Under the pieces are notes generated by a model. The model was not told where the DNA came from and searched no databases. It saw only the letters and a program-made list of their open reading frames with translations. DNA of 35,683 bases, from positions 1-35,683 of the forward strand of contig JBKJLC010000179.1 of NCBI GenBank assembly GCA_046597055.1. The letters are read 5' to 3'. Below, piece after piece: positions 17,940-29,142 of this stretch; position 1 is the stretch's first letter; each line of letters opens with the position of its first letter. The DNA comes from Kofleriaceae bacterium (GTDB lineage Bacteria > Myxococcota_A > Polyangia > Haliangiales > Haliangiaceae). The translations under genes were made by a program, and so were the position numbers.

Positions 17940-19411
17940 TGCGCGTCGCCGTGCTCGCCGCCACCGTGATCGCCGCCGGCTGCGGGTTCCTGCCCGAGGA
18001 CGACTTCACCGGCGCGCGGATCGGCGACGGCATCGCGCCGTGGACCGACCTCGGCCCGGCGCCGGCCTGCCTCGGCAACCAGTTCCTCGGCCCGCCGACC
18101 TCGACCGCCGGTGGCTTCTGCTTCGATCGCAACCGGGTCGAGGCGCCGTGCCGGGACGACGGCGACTGCGGCTCGCGTGAGGCGTGCAGCTGCGGTCGCT
18201 GCACGATCCCGTACTGCACGGCGGCGTCCGACTGCGCGCGCGGCCGGGTGTGCTCGTTCAGCGAGAACCGCTGCGACGTGGTGTGCGCCGACGCGACCGA
18301 CTGCGCGGCCGGCGAGGAGTGCTTCAATGGCACCTGCCGCGGCCGCTGCGACACCTCCGACGAGTGCCAGACCGGCGAGGTCTGCAACAGCCGGAACTAC
18401 TGCGTCACCGCCGACTGCGCCGACGACGGCGGCTGCCAGGCCGGCGAGCGCTGCCACGTGCAGCGGGTGCCGCGCCTGGTCACCGAGCCGTTCGCGGTGG
18501 CCAGCCCCGACCTGCCGCGGGTCGTGCTGTACGTCGAGATCGGCGATGACGCGCTGCCGATGCGCTCGATCTGGCGGGCGGAGTCGCCCGATGGCATCCA
18601 CTTCGACTTCTCGCCGGCGCGCGCGGTGGTCGACGACGGCAGCGCCGCGCACGCGCCCTCGCTGGTGCGCACCGACGGCGGCTGGGCGATGTACTACCAG
18701 TTCGGCGACGGCGCCGCGATCAAGGTCGCGCGGTCGCCCGACGGCGTCAGCTTCGGCGACGGCACCGTCGTGCTCGCCGGCGGCACCGGCGCCGCCGCGG
18801 TGCGCTCGCCCAGCGCGGTGCGCCTGCCCGACGGCACGGTCGCGGTCTACTACCAGGTCGGCGATGGCGCCGCGATCGCGCTGGCGACCGGTGCGCCGGG
18901 CGGGATGTTGACCGCGCGCGGGCCGGTGCTCACGCCGGCCCAGGTCGCGATCGCGCCGGGCGCGCCACGCGCCCCGTTCTGGTCGGAGGTGGTCGCGATC
19001 ACCAGCCCGCACGCGGCGGTGACCGACGGCCCCGACGGGCCCTCGCTGCGGCTGTGGTACTCGGCGTTCGGGCGCGAGAGCGCGAGCTCGCAGCAGTTCG
19101 GCATGGAGATCCCGATCGCGCCCAACTTCTCGATCGGCTACGCGCGCGGGTCGGTCGATCGCCCCGGCGAGCTGACCCCGTGGCCGTACGGGCCGGTGGT
19201 CGATCGGGTCGACGCGTTCCTCACCCACCGCGAGGAGCTGGCCCCGGGCGTGGTGCAGCTGGTCGACGGCGACGGCGCCAGCCCGGCCTACCTGATGTAC
19301 TACGTCGAAGCGAGCGCGGACGACATGGCGATGGGCGTGGGAGGCCCGTTCACCACCGGTCGGCTCGGCGTGCTCGGCAACGGCGCCCATTCCGCGCTCA
19401 CCGCGCCTTGA
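17939..19411 (+). CDS. Lipoprotein with five Cys-rich repeats and a five-bladed beta-propeller (GH43/GH32-like fold)
   Basis: TGATG overlap; lipobox AAGC; repeats such as CRDDGDC..C..C and CTAASDC..C..C; blades EPFAV / HAPSLV..MYY / RSPSAV..VYY / TSPHAAV..LWYS / ELAPGVV..MYY; SPDG Asp-box-like motifs. Confidence 0.78.
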   Translation: MRVAVLAATVIAAGCGFLPEDDFTGARIGDGIAPWTDLGPAPACLGNQFLGPPTSTAGGFCFDRNRVEAPCRDDGDCGSREACSCGRCTIPYCTAASDCARGRVCSFSENRCDVVCADATDCAAGEECFNGTCRGRCDTSDECQTGEVCNSRNYCVTADCADDGGCQAGERCHVQRVPRLVTEPFAVASPDLPRVVLYVEIGDDALPMRSIWRAESPDGIHFDFSPARAVVDDGSAAHAPSLVRTDGGWAMYYQFGDGAAIKVARSPDGVSFGDGTVVLAGGTGAAAVRSPSAVRLPDGTVAVYYQVGDGAAIALATGAPGGMLTARGPVLTPAQVAIAPGAPRAPFWSEVVAITSPHAAVTDGPDGPSLRLWYSAFGRESASSQQFGMEIPIAPNFSIGYARGSVDRPGELTPWPYGPVVDRVDAFLTHREELAPGVVQLVDGDGASPAYLMYYVEASADDMAMGVGGPFTTGRLGVLGNGAHSALTAP

Positions 19412-19503
19412 CCCTCCCGCGCGCGCGAGGCTAGAAAGTGGCCCGTCGCCGGCCTGTCTGCGACGATTTGCGCCGGCCTTCCAGCCGGCCCCAGAAGGAC
19501 GAC

Positions 19504-19584
19504 ATGATCGCTGTCATCGGCAACTGCATCGCCGGCCTGCTCGCCCTGTCCCTGTTCGCCGCGACCCTGCGGCTGAGCCGCTGA
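19504..19584 (+). CDS. Putative 26-aa single-TM microprotein (MIAVIGNCIAGLLALSLFAATLRLSR)
   Basis: SD-like AAGGA 4 nt before ATG; 24 of 25 non-Met codons end in G/C; hydrophobic helix with basic C-terminus; fills the gap between convergent genes. Confidence 0.6.
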   Translation: MIAVIGNCIAGLLALSLFAATLRLSR

Positions 19585-19624
19585 CCGGCCCGCCGCCCCG
19601 GTTCGACGGCGCGCCCGGCGCGGA

Positions 19625-20311
19625 TCAGGCGACCGTGACGACCCAGAGCTGGTCGACCGGGACGAAGCCGAGCCGAGCGGCCAGGCGGAGCGAGGCGATG
19701 TTGCTCTCGACCGCGCCCCACACCGGCTCGCGGCCGGCGGCGCGCTCGGCGCGGATCAGCGCGGCGGCGGCGCGGGTGGCCAGGCCGAGCCCCCGGAAGT
19801 CGGGCAGGGTGTCGATGCTGACGTCGAACCAGCGCGGGCTGCGCGCGGCCGCGTAGGCGAACGCGGCTGGGACGCCGCCGAGCGCGACCGACCAGAGCGG
19901 GCGGTCGCGCCGCGCGCGCTCGAGCTCGAGCGCGAGGTCGGCTGGGACGTGGGCGAGCGAGGCCGCGGCGGCTAGCACCGCCGCGCCGGTGTCGTCGGGC
20001 AGCGTGTCGGGATCGGGCAGCGTGTGCAGGATCGCGCGTTCGGCCGGCCAGCCGGCCGCGGCCAGCGCCTCGACCAGCGCCGCGCGCTCGGGGACCACCA
20101 GGAGGCTCCACCCGGCGCGGGCGGGGCCGTGGGCGAGGATCGCGCTCGCCGGGGTAGCCCCGACCGCGATCACGAGCTTCGAGTCGTCGTGGCCGATCAG
20201 GTGGCCGCGGCCGGCGGGCGCGATCCAGACGTCGTCGCATGCGAGCAGGTCGGTGGCCTCGACCCAGCGCGGCTCGTCGGGGAGCTCGCGGCCAAGCTCC
20301 GCCCTGGTCAC
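19625..20311 (-). CDS. GNAT family N-acetyltransferase
   Basis: DVSIDTLPDFRGLGLATRAAAALI (acetyl-CoA motif A); NIASLRLAARLGF. Confidence 0.9.
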   Translation of the reverse strand: MTRAELGRELPDEPRWVEATDLLACDDVWIAPAGRGHLIGHDDSKLVIAVGATPASAILAHGPARAGWSLLVVPERAALVEALAAAGWPAERAILHTLPDPDTLPDDTGAAVLAAAASLAHVPADLALELERARRDRPLWSVALGGVPAAFAYAAARSPRWFDVSIDTLPDFRGLGLATRAAAALIRAERAAGREPVWGAVESNIASLRLAARLGFVPVDQLWVVTVA

Positions 20312-20330
20312 GCGCCGCGCTCCGCCCGGG

Positions 20331-23486
<3,156 letters not shown>

Positions 23487-23724
23487 GGGTACGCCGATGG
23501 TAGCCGGTGGGCCTACGCGATCTCAAACGGAAAGGGGCCTGTTGGCCATAGCCGCGAGGCGACACCGGCCGCCAGGGCGAAACCACCTGTCGCCGCGCGC
23601 CCCTGGGCACATCCCCCCGACCCCAGCGAGCGGAGCGAAGCGGTCAACAATGACGCCAGGCTCCGGGGTCACGAGTCAGGTGCGAGGTCTGCCTTCTGCA
23701 GGGAGTGCCATCGAGTAAGGTCAC

Positions 23725-24504
23725 CTAGAAGGTGCCTGCGATACCGATGCCGGTGCCACCTGGCACCGACGTGGGCGAGACCATGACACCGGTCCGGAAC
23801 GTAATCGACGGGTTGCGGCGGTAATGTCGGAACCCATCGATCACGCCGTACGCGTAGGCGCCGATCAGCAAGGCGCCGCTCCACTGGTTGACGGTGACCA
23901 GCGTGCGCGCGGTGTCCGAGCGCGACCGACCCTCGGGTTCGCAGGTCAGGTCGCCGTCGCTGCACCAGCGCTCGAGCATCAGGTAGCTGGTGAGGTTGGC
24001 CGCGAGCAGGCCGAAGCCGAGGCCGCCGAGGATCCAGCCCTTCACCGGCTGGTGGTTCTGGAACTGGCCGGCCGGCGGGATCAGGTTGAGCAGCACCGCG
24101 CGGCGCGGGCGCGGCCGCAGCGCCTTCAGCTCGGCGGCGTGGGTCGAGCGGACGTTCTCGAAGTAGGCAACCAGCTCGGGCGCGTACAGGCTCGGGTCGA
24201 GCCGGCCGTCGAGATCGAGCTGGAGGTACGCGAGAAAATGAACCTCGGCGGCGTCGAGGCGGCGCTGGTGATAGGCGGCGAGCCCGAGCAGGCGGTTGGC
24301 CTCGCCGCGATCGGCCGCCGGCACCTCGGGGTCGCTGGCGAGCGGGCCGGCGAGGCGCTCGACCGCAGGCCAGTCGCTGGTCTCGGCCGAGGCGGCCGCG
24401 GCGGCCAGGCGCGCGGTGATGCCGGTCGGCTCGCCGGGCTGCGCGTGCGCGGTCGCGACCAGCGCGATCGTCAGCATCCACGCGAGCACGAGCGGCCGGC
24501 TCAT
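23725..24504 (-). CDS. Secreted TPR protein with DUF5683-like hydrophobic region and C-terminal beta-hairpin ending in Phe
   Basis: ATGA overlap; signal peptide ending AHA; TPR-like EANRLLGLAAY..AAEVHF..LDPSLYAP; IPPAGQFQN..KG and AYAYGVIDG motifs; C-terminus VSPTSVPGGTGIGIAGTF. Confidence 0.78.
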   Translation of the reverse strand: MSRPLVLAWMLTIALVATAHAQPGEPTGITARLAAAAASAETSDWPAVERLAGPLASDPEVPAADRGEANRLLGLAAYHQRRLDAAEVHFLAYLQLDLDGRLDPSLYAPELVAYFENVRSTHAAELKALRPRPRRAVLLNLIPPAGQFQNHQPVKGWILGGLGFGLLAANLTSYLMLERWCSDGDLTCEPEGRSRSDTARTLVTVNQWSGALLIGAYAYGVIDGFRHYRRNPSITFRTGVMVSPTSVPGGTGIGIAGTF

Positions 24505-25538
24505 GGCGCCACCGGCAGCCCGAGGCGCTCGCGCAGGCGCGGCGCGATCACGTCGGTGACCTGGGCCGCGGCCAGCCGGACCAGCGTGTCCATGCGATCG
24601 CCCCGGCTGCCGACCAGGGTGTCGGTGCGGACGATGCGCCGGTAGATGGTGGCGCCGGCGGCGTCGGTGACCGTGACCCGCGCGCGGGCCCGTCCGAGCG
24701 AGATGTCGCGGGCGGTCTCGACCGCGAGGCCGAGCAGCTCGACATTGATCAGCAGGGCCGCGCCGCGCGCGGCGAGTAGCGCCGGCGCCGGGGTCGGATC
24801 GACCGCGACCGCGATCGCGCGGTGCCCGACCCGCGCGGCGAGCTCGGCGACCGCGGGCGCGGCCAGGGTCGCGACCGGCACCGGCGCGCCCGCGCCGTCG
24901 CGCAGGCCGGTCGCCGACACGGTGACCAGCGCCAGCGGGCGGCGATCGAGGGGCGGCGCGGCGCGCGGGCGGATCGGATGGCGGGCGACCGGCGGCGATC
25001 GGGGTGGGGCCGGTGCCAGGGCGGCGCGCTCGCGCGCGGTCGCGAGGTCCTGCGCGGCCAGGCCGGCGCGGATCGCCGGCAGCAGCGCGGCCGCCAGCGC
25101 CGCCGCGGCCTGATCGATGTCCTCGACCGCGGCCGCGGTGCTCGACGGGCGCGCGACGTCGCGCCCGCGCTCGGGATCGCGGATGCGGCTCTCGAGCACC
25201 ACGCCGGCGCCCTGCTTCACGATCCGCCCCGACACCACCAGCCGCGCCCGCGACGGCACCGGCGCGCCATCGGAGACCAGGGTGACGTCGAGGCCGGCCT
25301 CGCGCAGCGCGCGGGTGAGCTCGCTGGCGACCGGCTGACCGAACAGCGCGAGCCGCTTCTCGGCGGCGAACGGCAGGAGCGCGATCGTCGCCCGGCGCGG
25401 CTCGGCGCCCTGCGCCCGCAGGGCCCGCGGCGCGAGCAGGCCGGCGGCGAGCACCGCGACCACCACGAGCCCGCGCACGACGCGGCGGGCCGTCGCGCGA
25501 TCGCCGCGGGTCGCCGTCGTCATGGGGGGCGGGCTCAC
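24501..25538 (-). CDS. Exported protein with TolB-N/CsgG/FlgO-like alpha/beta domain
   Basis: Hydrophobic signal region; TIALLPF...ELTRAL...LVVSGRI....VVLESRIRDPERG pattern; Pro-rich linker; second alpha/beta domain. Confidence 0.6.
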   Translation of the reverse strand: MSPPPMTTATRGDRATARRVVRGLVVVAVLAAGLLAPRALRAQGAEPRRATIALLPFAAEKRLALFGQPVASELTRALREAGLDVTLVSDGAPVPSRARLVVSGRIVKQGAGVVLESRIRDPERGRDVARPSSTAAAVEDIDQAAAALAAALLPAIRAGLAAQDLATARERAALAPAPPRSPPVARHPIRPRAAPPLDRRPLALVTVSATGLRDGAGAPVPVATLAAPAVAELAARVGHRAIAVAVDPTPAPALLAARGAALLINVELLGLAVETARDISLGRARARVTVTDAAGATIYRRIVRTDTLVGSRGDRMDTLVRLAAAQVTDVIAPRLRERLGLPVAP

Positions 25539-27376
25539 GGAGCCGCGACTCTACCGGAGACGCGCCGCGCACCTCCTGGGGCGATGCCCGGATCCGGCAC
25601 CCCCAGCACGAACTTGCCACCCGTGTCGGTCACCGCGTTGGCAAGCGGCCGCACCCGGTCGAGGCCGGCGCAGTCGAGATGACACAGCGCCGCGATGCCG
25701 ACCGCGCGCCGTCCGCCGGTCTGGCCGGCGGTCACCAGCGTGCCGGACACGGCGATCGTGGCGGTCAGGCGCAGGTCGCCGAGCGCGATCGGGGTGGTGC
25801 TGGCCGCCACCGCCAGGCCGAGCTCGGCGTGGGCGCCAGTCGGATCGAGGGCGACCAGGCGGTAGGGTGCGCCGGCCGCGATCGCCAGGCTGAAGCGGCC
25901 ATCGCTGCCGGCGATCGCGGTCGCGACCGGCGCGCCGGCGAAGGCCAGCTCGCCGATCAGCACCGCGCGGATCGTCGCGCCGGGCGCCGCGGCGCCGTCG
26001 CTGCGGACGACGCGGCCGGTCGCGGTGGTCGTGGTCGGCGCGAAGCTGGTCGCGGCGCCGAGGTCGGCGGCGTCGACCGCGCCGCTGCCGTGCGCGGCGA
26101 ACAGCAGGCCCGGCACCCGCGCGATGCGCAGCGCGGGCAGCGCGCCGGTGGCGTCGGTGCGCACCTCGCGCCGGTAGCGGCCGGGCACCGTGGCCACGGT
26201 GGTGGCCCCGTCGGCGAGCGTCGCCGCGACGGCCACCGTCGCCGACACGACGACCTCGGTCGCGACCGCCGGCGCACCGCCGACCCGGACGATCGTGCCG
26301 GCCAGGTCGCGGGTCGCGATCGCGGCGTAGCCCGCGTCGATCGTCGCGTGTCCCGCGAGGTCGAGGGTGGCGTCGAGCCGCGGCAGGGCGCGGTCGGGCG
26401 GCGCCACCACCGTCATCACCTCGGGCGCGCCTGGATCGTCGCGCCAGCGCAGCTGGTAGCGGCCATCGGCGGCGGTGACCGCGATCGTCGACGGCGTGCC
26501 CCCGGAGGTCACCGACACCCGCGCGCCCGCCACCGCGGCGCCGGTGCCGTCGCGGACGACGCCGGTGAGCACCTGGCCACCGTCGACGGTGAGGGTGCGG
26601 TCGAACGGATCGAAGCCGGTGACCACGCGCGGCGCCAGCGCCGCCGAGGTCGGCACCACCAGCACGTCGTACTGGCCGGCGATCAAGCGCACCGCCGCGG
26701 CGCCGGCCTCGGTGCTGAACGCCTCGACCGAGGAGTCGGGAGTCCCGCGCGAGACGAAGCGCAGGTACGCCGCCACCGGCACCGCGTCGGGCCCGCGCAC
26801 CGCCAGCGCATAGACCTGACCGGGGTCGAGCAGCACCTCCCCGATCGTCTGCTCGTTCTGGCCGCCGGTGACCGAGACGATCCGCTCCTGCGGCGGCGCT
26901 GGCCCGCCCGGCGGCGGCACCAGCCGCAGCCGCATCACGCGGCTGTTCGCGCCGAGCGCCTGCACGTTGAGCTCGCGGTAGTACGACTGGCACGAGCCGC
27001 CCAGGTCGAGCGTCACGCCGTACCGGCCCGCGGTCTCGATCGGGAACTCGATCCGGCTCTGGTTCTCGGTCAGCGGCCGGAACAGGATCGGCACGTCGTT
27101 CAGCGCGACCGTCCAGCGATAGGTGGGCAAGCCCATCGCGCCGACCGGCTCGCTGCGCGCGATCACGGTCAGGCCGGGGCCCGCGGTCGGCATGCCGGGC
27201 GTCAGGGTGACGTTGGGCTCACAGCCGGGCTGCGCGTCGTTCATGCTGCTGCCGGCGTCGGAGGGGCTCGGCGCGGCATCGATGGCGGGCGTAACCGGAG
27301 AACCGTCGTCGCTGCCGCCGCAGCCGAGCGCGAGCGCGGCCAGCCCGAGCGCCCCGACGGCGAGGGAGCGGGTCAC
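25535..27376 (-). CDS. Lipoprotein with PKD-like and carboxypeptidase-regulatory-like beta-sandwich domains (paralogue B)
   Basis: GTGA overlap; lipobox ALGC; TYRWTV; LTGVVRDGTGAAVAGARVSV..TAADGRYQL; C-terminal CHLDC. Confidence 0.8.
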   Translation of the reverse strand: MTRSLAVGALGLAALALGCGGSDDGSPVTPAIDAAPSPSDAGSSMNDAQPGCEPNVTLTPGMPTAGPGLTVIARSEPVGAMGLPTYRWTVALNDVPILFRPLTENQSRIEFPIETAGRYGVTLDLGGSCQSYYRELNVQALGANSRVMRLRLVPPPGGPAPPQERIVSVTGGQNEQTIGEVLLDPGQVYALAVRGPDAVPVAAYLRFVSRGTPDSSVEAFSTEAGAAAVRLIAGQYDVLVVPTSAALAPRVVTGFDPFDRTLTVDGGQVLTGVVRDGTGAAVAGARVSVTSGGTPSTIAVTAADGRYQLRWRDDPGAPEVMTVVAPPDRALPRLDATLDLAGHATIDAGYAAIATRDLAGTIVRVGGAPAVATEVVVSATVAVAATLADGATTVATVPGRYRREVRTDATGALPALRIARVPGLLFAAHGSGAVDAADLGAATSFAPTTTTATGRVVRSDGAAAPGATIRAVLIGELAFAGAPVATAIAGSDGRFSLAIAAGAPYRLVALDPTGAHAELGLAVAASTTPIALGDLRLTATIAVSGTLVTAGQTGGRRAVGIAALCHLDCAGLDRVRPLANAVTDTGGKFVLGVPDPGIAPGGARRVSGRVAAP

Positions 27377-29142
27377 GGCCCCGCGACGCCGGGGTCGGGG
27401 ATCCGGACCCTGAACCCACCAAAGGCGTCGGTCACCGCGCTGCCGAGCGGCCGGCTGCGATCGAGGCCGGCGCAGTCGAGGTGACACAGGGCCGCGATGC
27501 CGACCGCGCCCAGGCCGGCGCTCTGTCCGGTGGCCCGGACCTCGCCCGACACCGTGAGCGCCGCCGGCAGCCGGAGGTCGCCGAGCGCCGCGGTCGAGCC
27601 GGCGCTGGTCACGGCCACCGCGAGCTCGGCGTGGCCGGCGGTCGGCGCCGCGACGGTCAGCTGGTAGCTCACGCCGGCGGCGATCTCGATCGCGAAGCGT
27701 CCGTCGGCGGTCGTGGTCGCGGTCGTCACCGGCGCGCTGGCGAAGGCGAACTCTCCCACCAGGACCGCGCGCACGGTGACCCCGCCGCCGATCGGCGCGC
27801 CATCGCGGCCGAGCACGCGCCCGGTCGCGGTCGCGGTCGCGAGGTCGAACCGGGTCGCGGTGCCGAGGTCGGCGCGCATGGCCGCGCCCCCGGCGTGAGC
27901 CGCGACGATCGCACCGGGCACGCGCGCGACCTGCAGCGCGGGCAGCGCGCCGGCGTCGTCGGTGCGCACCTGGCGGCGATAGCTGCCGGCCGCGGTGCCG
28001 ATCGGCGTGGCGCCATCGAGCAGCGTCGCCGCGGTCGCGACCGTCGCGTGCACGACGACCTCGGTGGCGACCGCCGGGCCACCGCCGGCGCGCACGACCA
28101 GCCCGGCCAGGTCGCGGGTCGCGATCGGCGCGAAGCGGACGTCGACCGCGCTGCGTCCGGCCAGGTCGAGCGCGGCGTCGACCCGTGGCAGCGGCCCGCC
28201 GGCGAGCGGCGCGATCGTGAGGGTCTCGGTCGCGGCCGGGTCATCGCGCCAGCGCAGCCGATAGCTGCCATCGGCGGCGGTGGTGGCGACGGTCGAGGGC
28301 GTGGCGCCCGAGGTCACCGACACCCGCGCGCCGGCGACCGGCACGCCGGCGCCGTCGCGGACCACGCCGGTGAGCGCCGCGCCTCCGTCGACGGTGAGCG
28401 CGCGCGTGAACGGGTCGAAGCCGGTGATCAGCCGCGGCGCCAGCGCCGCCGAGGTCGGCACCACCAGCACGTCGTACTGGCCGGCGATCAAGCGGACCGT
28501 GCTGGCCCCGCTGTCGTCGCTGAACGCCTCGACCGCGGCGTCGGGGGTCGTTCGCGAGATGAAGCGCAGATACGCGGAGACCGGCTGGTCACCGGCGCGC
28601 ACGGTCACCGGAAACAGCTGACCCGCGTCGAGCGAGATGACGTTCACGGTCTGGTCGGAGCCGCCGGTGACCGTGACGATCTGCTCCTGCGGTGGCACCT
28701 GGGCCGACGGCGGCGGCACGAACCGCAGCCGCACCGCGCGGGTGTTGGCGCCCGGCGGCAGCACGTTGAGCGAGCCGTAGAAGCCCTGGCAGCCGTCGCC
28801 GACCTCGAGCCACACGCTGTAGATCCCCGGCGACGGCACCGGAAATTCGACGTCGCGGCGACCGTCGGTCAGCGCGGTCGGCTCGATCGGCGCGCCCGCG
28901 TGCGAGATCGTCCAGCGATAGCTGACCAGGCCGACCGAGCCGGCGATCGCGCTGCGGGCGATCACGGTCGCGGTGGCCCCGGCGATCGGCACCTCGGGCG
29001 TGAAGTCGACCCGGACCTGGCACAGCCCGCCGTCGCCAGCGCCGGCGTCGCTGACGGGGTTGTCGTCGTCGCTGTAAGGGCTGACGTTCGCGCAGCCCGC
29101 CGCCAGGGCGACCAGCCCGACCGCGAGCAGGCCGGCGCGCAT
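27373..29142 (-). CDS. Lipoprotein with PKD-like and carboxypeptidase-regulatory-like beta-sandwich domains (paralogue A)
   Basis: TGATG overlap; lipobox AAGC; SYRWTI; LTGVVRDGAGVPVAGARVSV..TAADGSYRL; collinear with the downstream gene. Confidence 0.8.
   Translation of the reverse strand: MRAGLLAVGLVALAAGCANVSPYSDDDNPVSDAGAGDGGLCQVRVDFTPEVPIAGATATVIARSAIAGSVGLVSYRWTISHAGAPIEPTALTDGRRDVEFPVPSPGIYSVWLEVGDGCQGFYGSLNVLPPGANTRAVRLRFVPPPSAQVPPQEQIVTVTGGSDQTVNVISLDAGQLFPVTVRAGDQPVSAYLRFISRTTPDAAVEAFSDDSGASTVRLIAGQYDVLVVPTSAALAPRLITGFDPFTRALTVDGGAALTGVVRDGAGVPVAGARVSVTSGATPSTVATTAADGSYRLRWRDDPAATETLTIAPLAGGPLPRVDAALDLAGRSAVDVRFAPIATRDLAGLVVRAGGGPAVATEVVVHATVATAATLLDGATPIGTAAGSYRRQVRTDDAGALPALQVARVPGAIVAAHAGGAAMRADLGTATRFDLATATATGRVLGRDGAPIGGGVTVRAVLVGEFAFASAPVTTATTTADGRFAIEIAAGVSYQLTVAAPTAGHAELAVAVTSAGSTAALGDLRLPAALTVSGEVRATGQSAGLGAVGIAALCHLDCAGLDRSRPLGSAVTDAFGGFRVRIPDPGVAGP

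Noticed and set aside
19439..19454. TGGCCCG...GC as a sigma54 promoter for the microprotein
   Set aside because: Spacing fits, but the -12 element lacks TTGC; too weak in GC-rich DNA.
23697..23710. TGGCAC...TGCA on the minus strand as a sigma54 promoter
   Set aside because: Spacing is GG-N8-GC, not the required GG-N10-GC.
23487..23724. Possible riboswitch or ncRNA upstream of the large kinase (GGCGACA...TGTCGCC stem, GGGCGAAACC)
   Set aside because: I could not match a full known aptamer, the suggestive motif is on the strand opposite the kinase mRNA, and short stems are expected at this GC content. An Infernal/Rfam scan would settle it.
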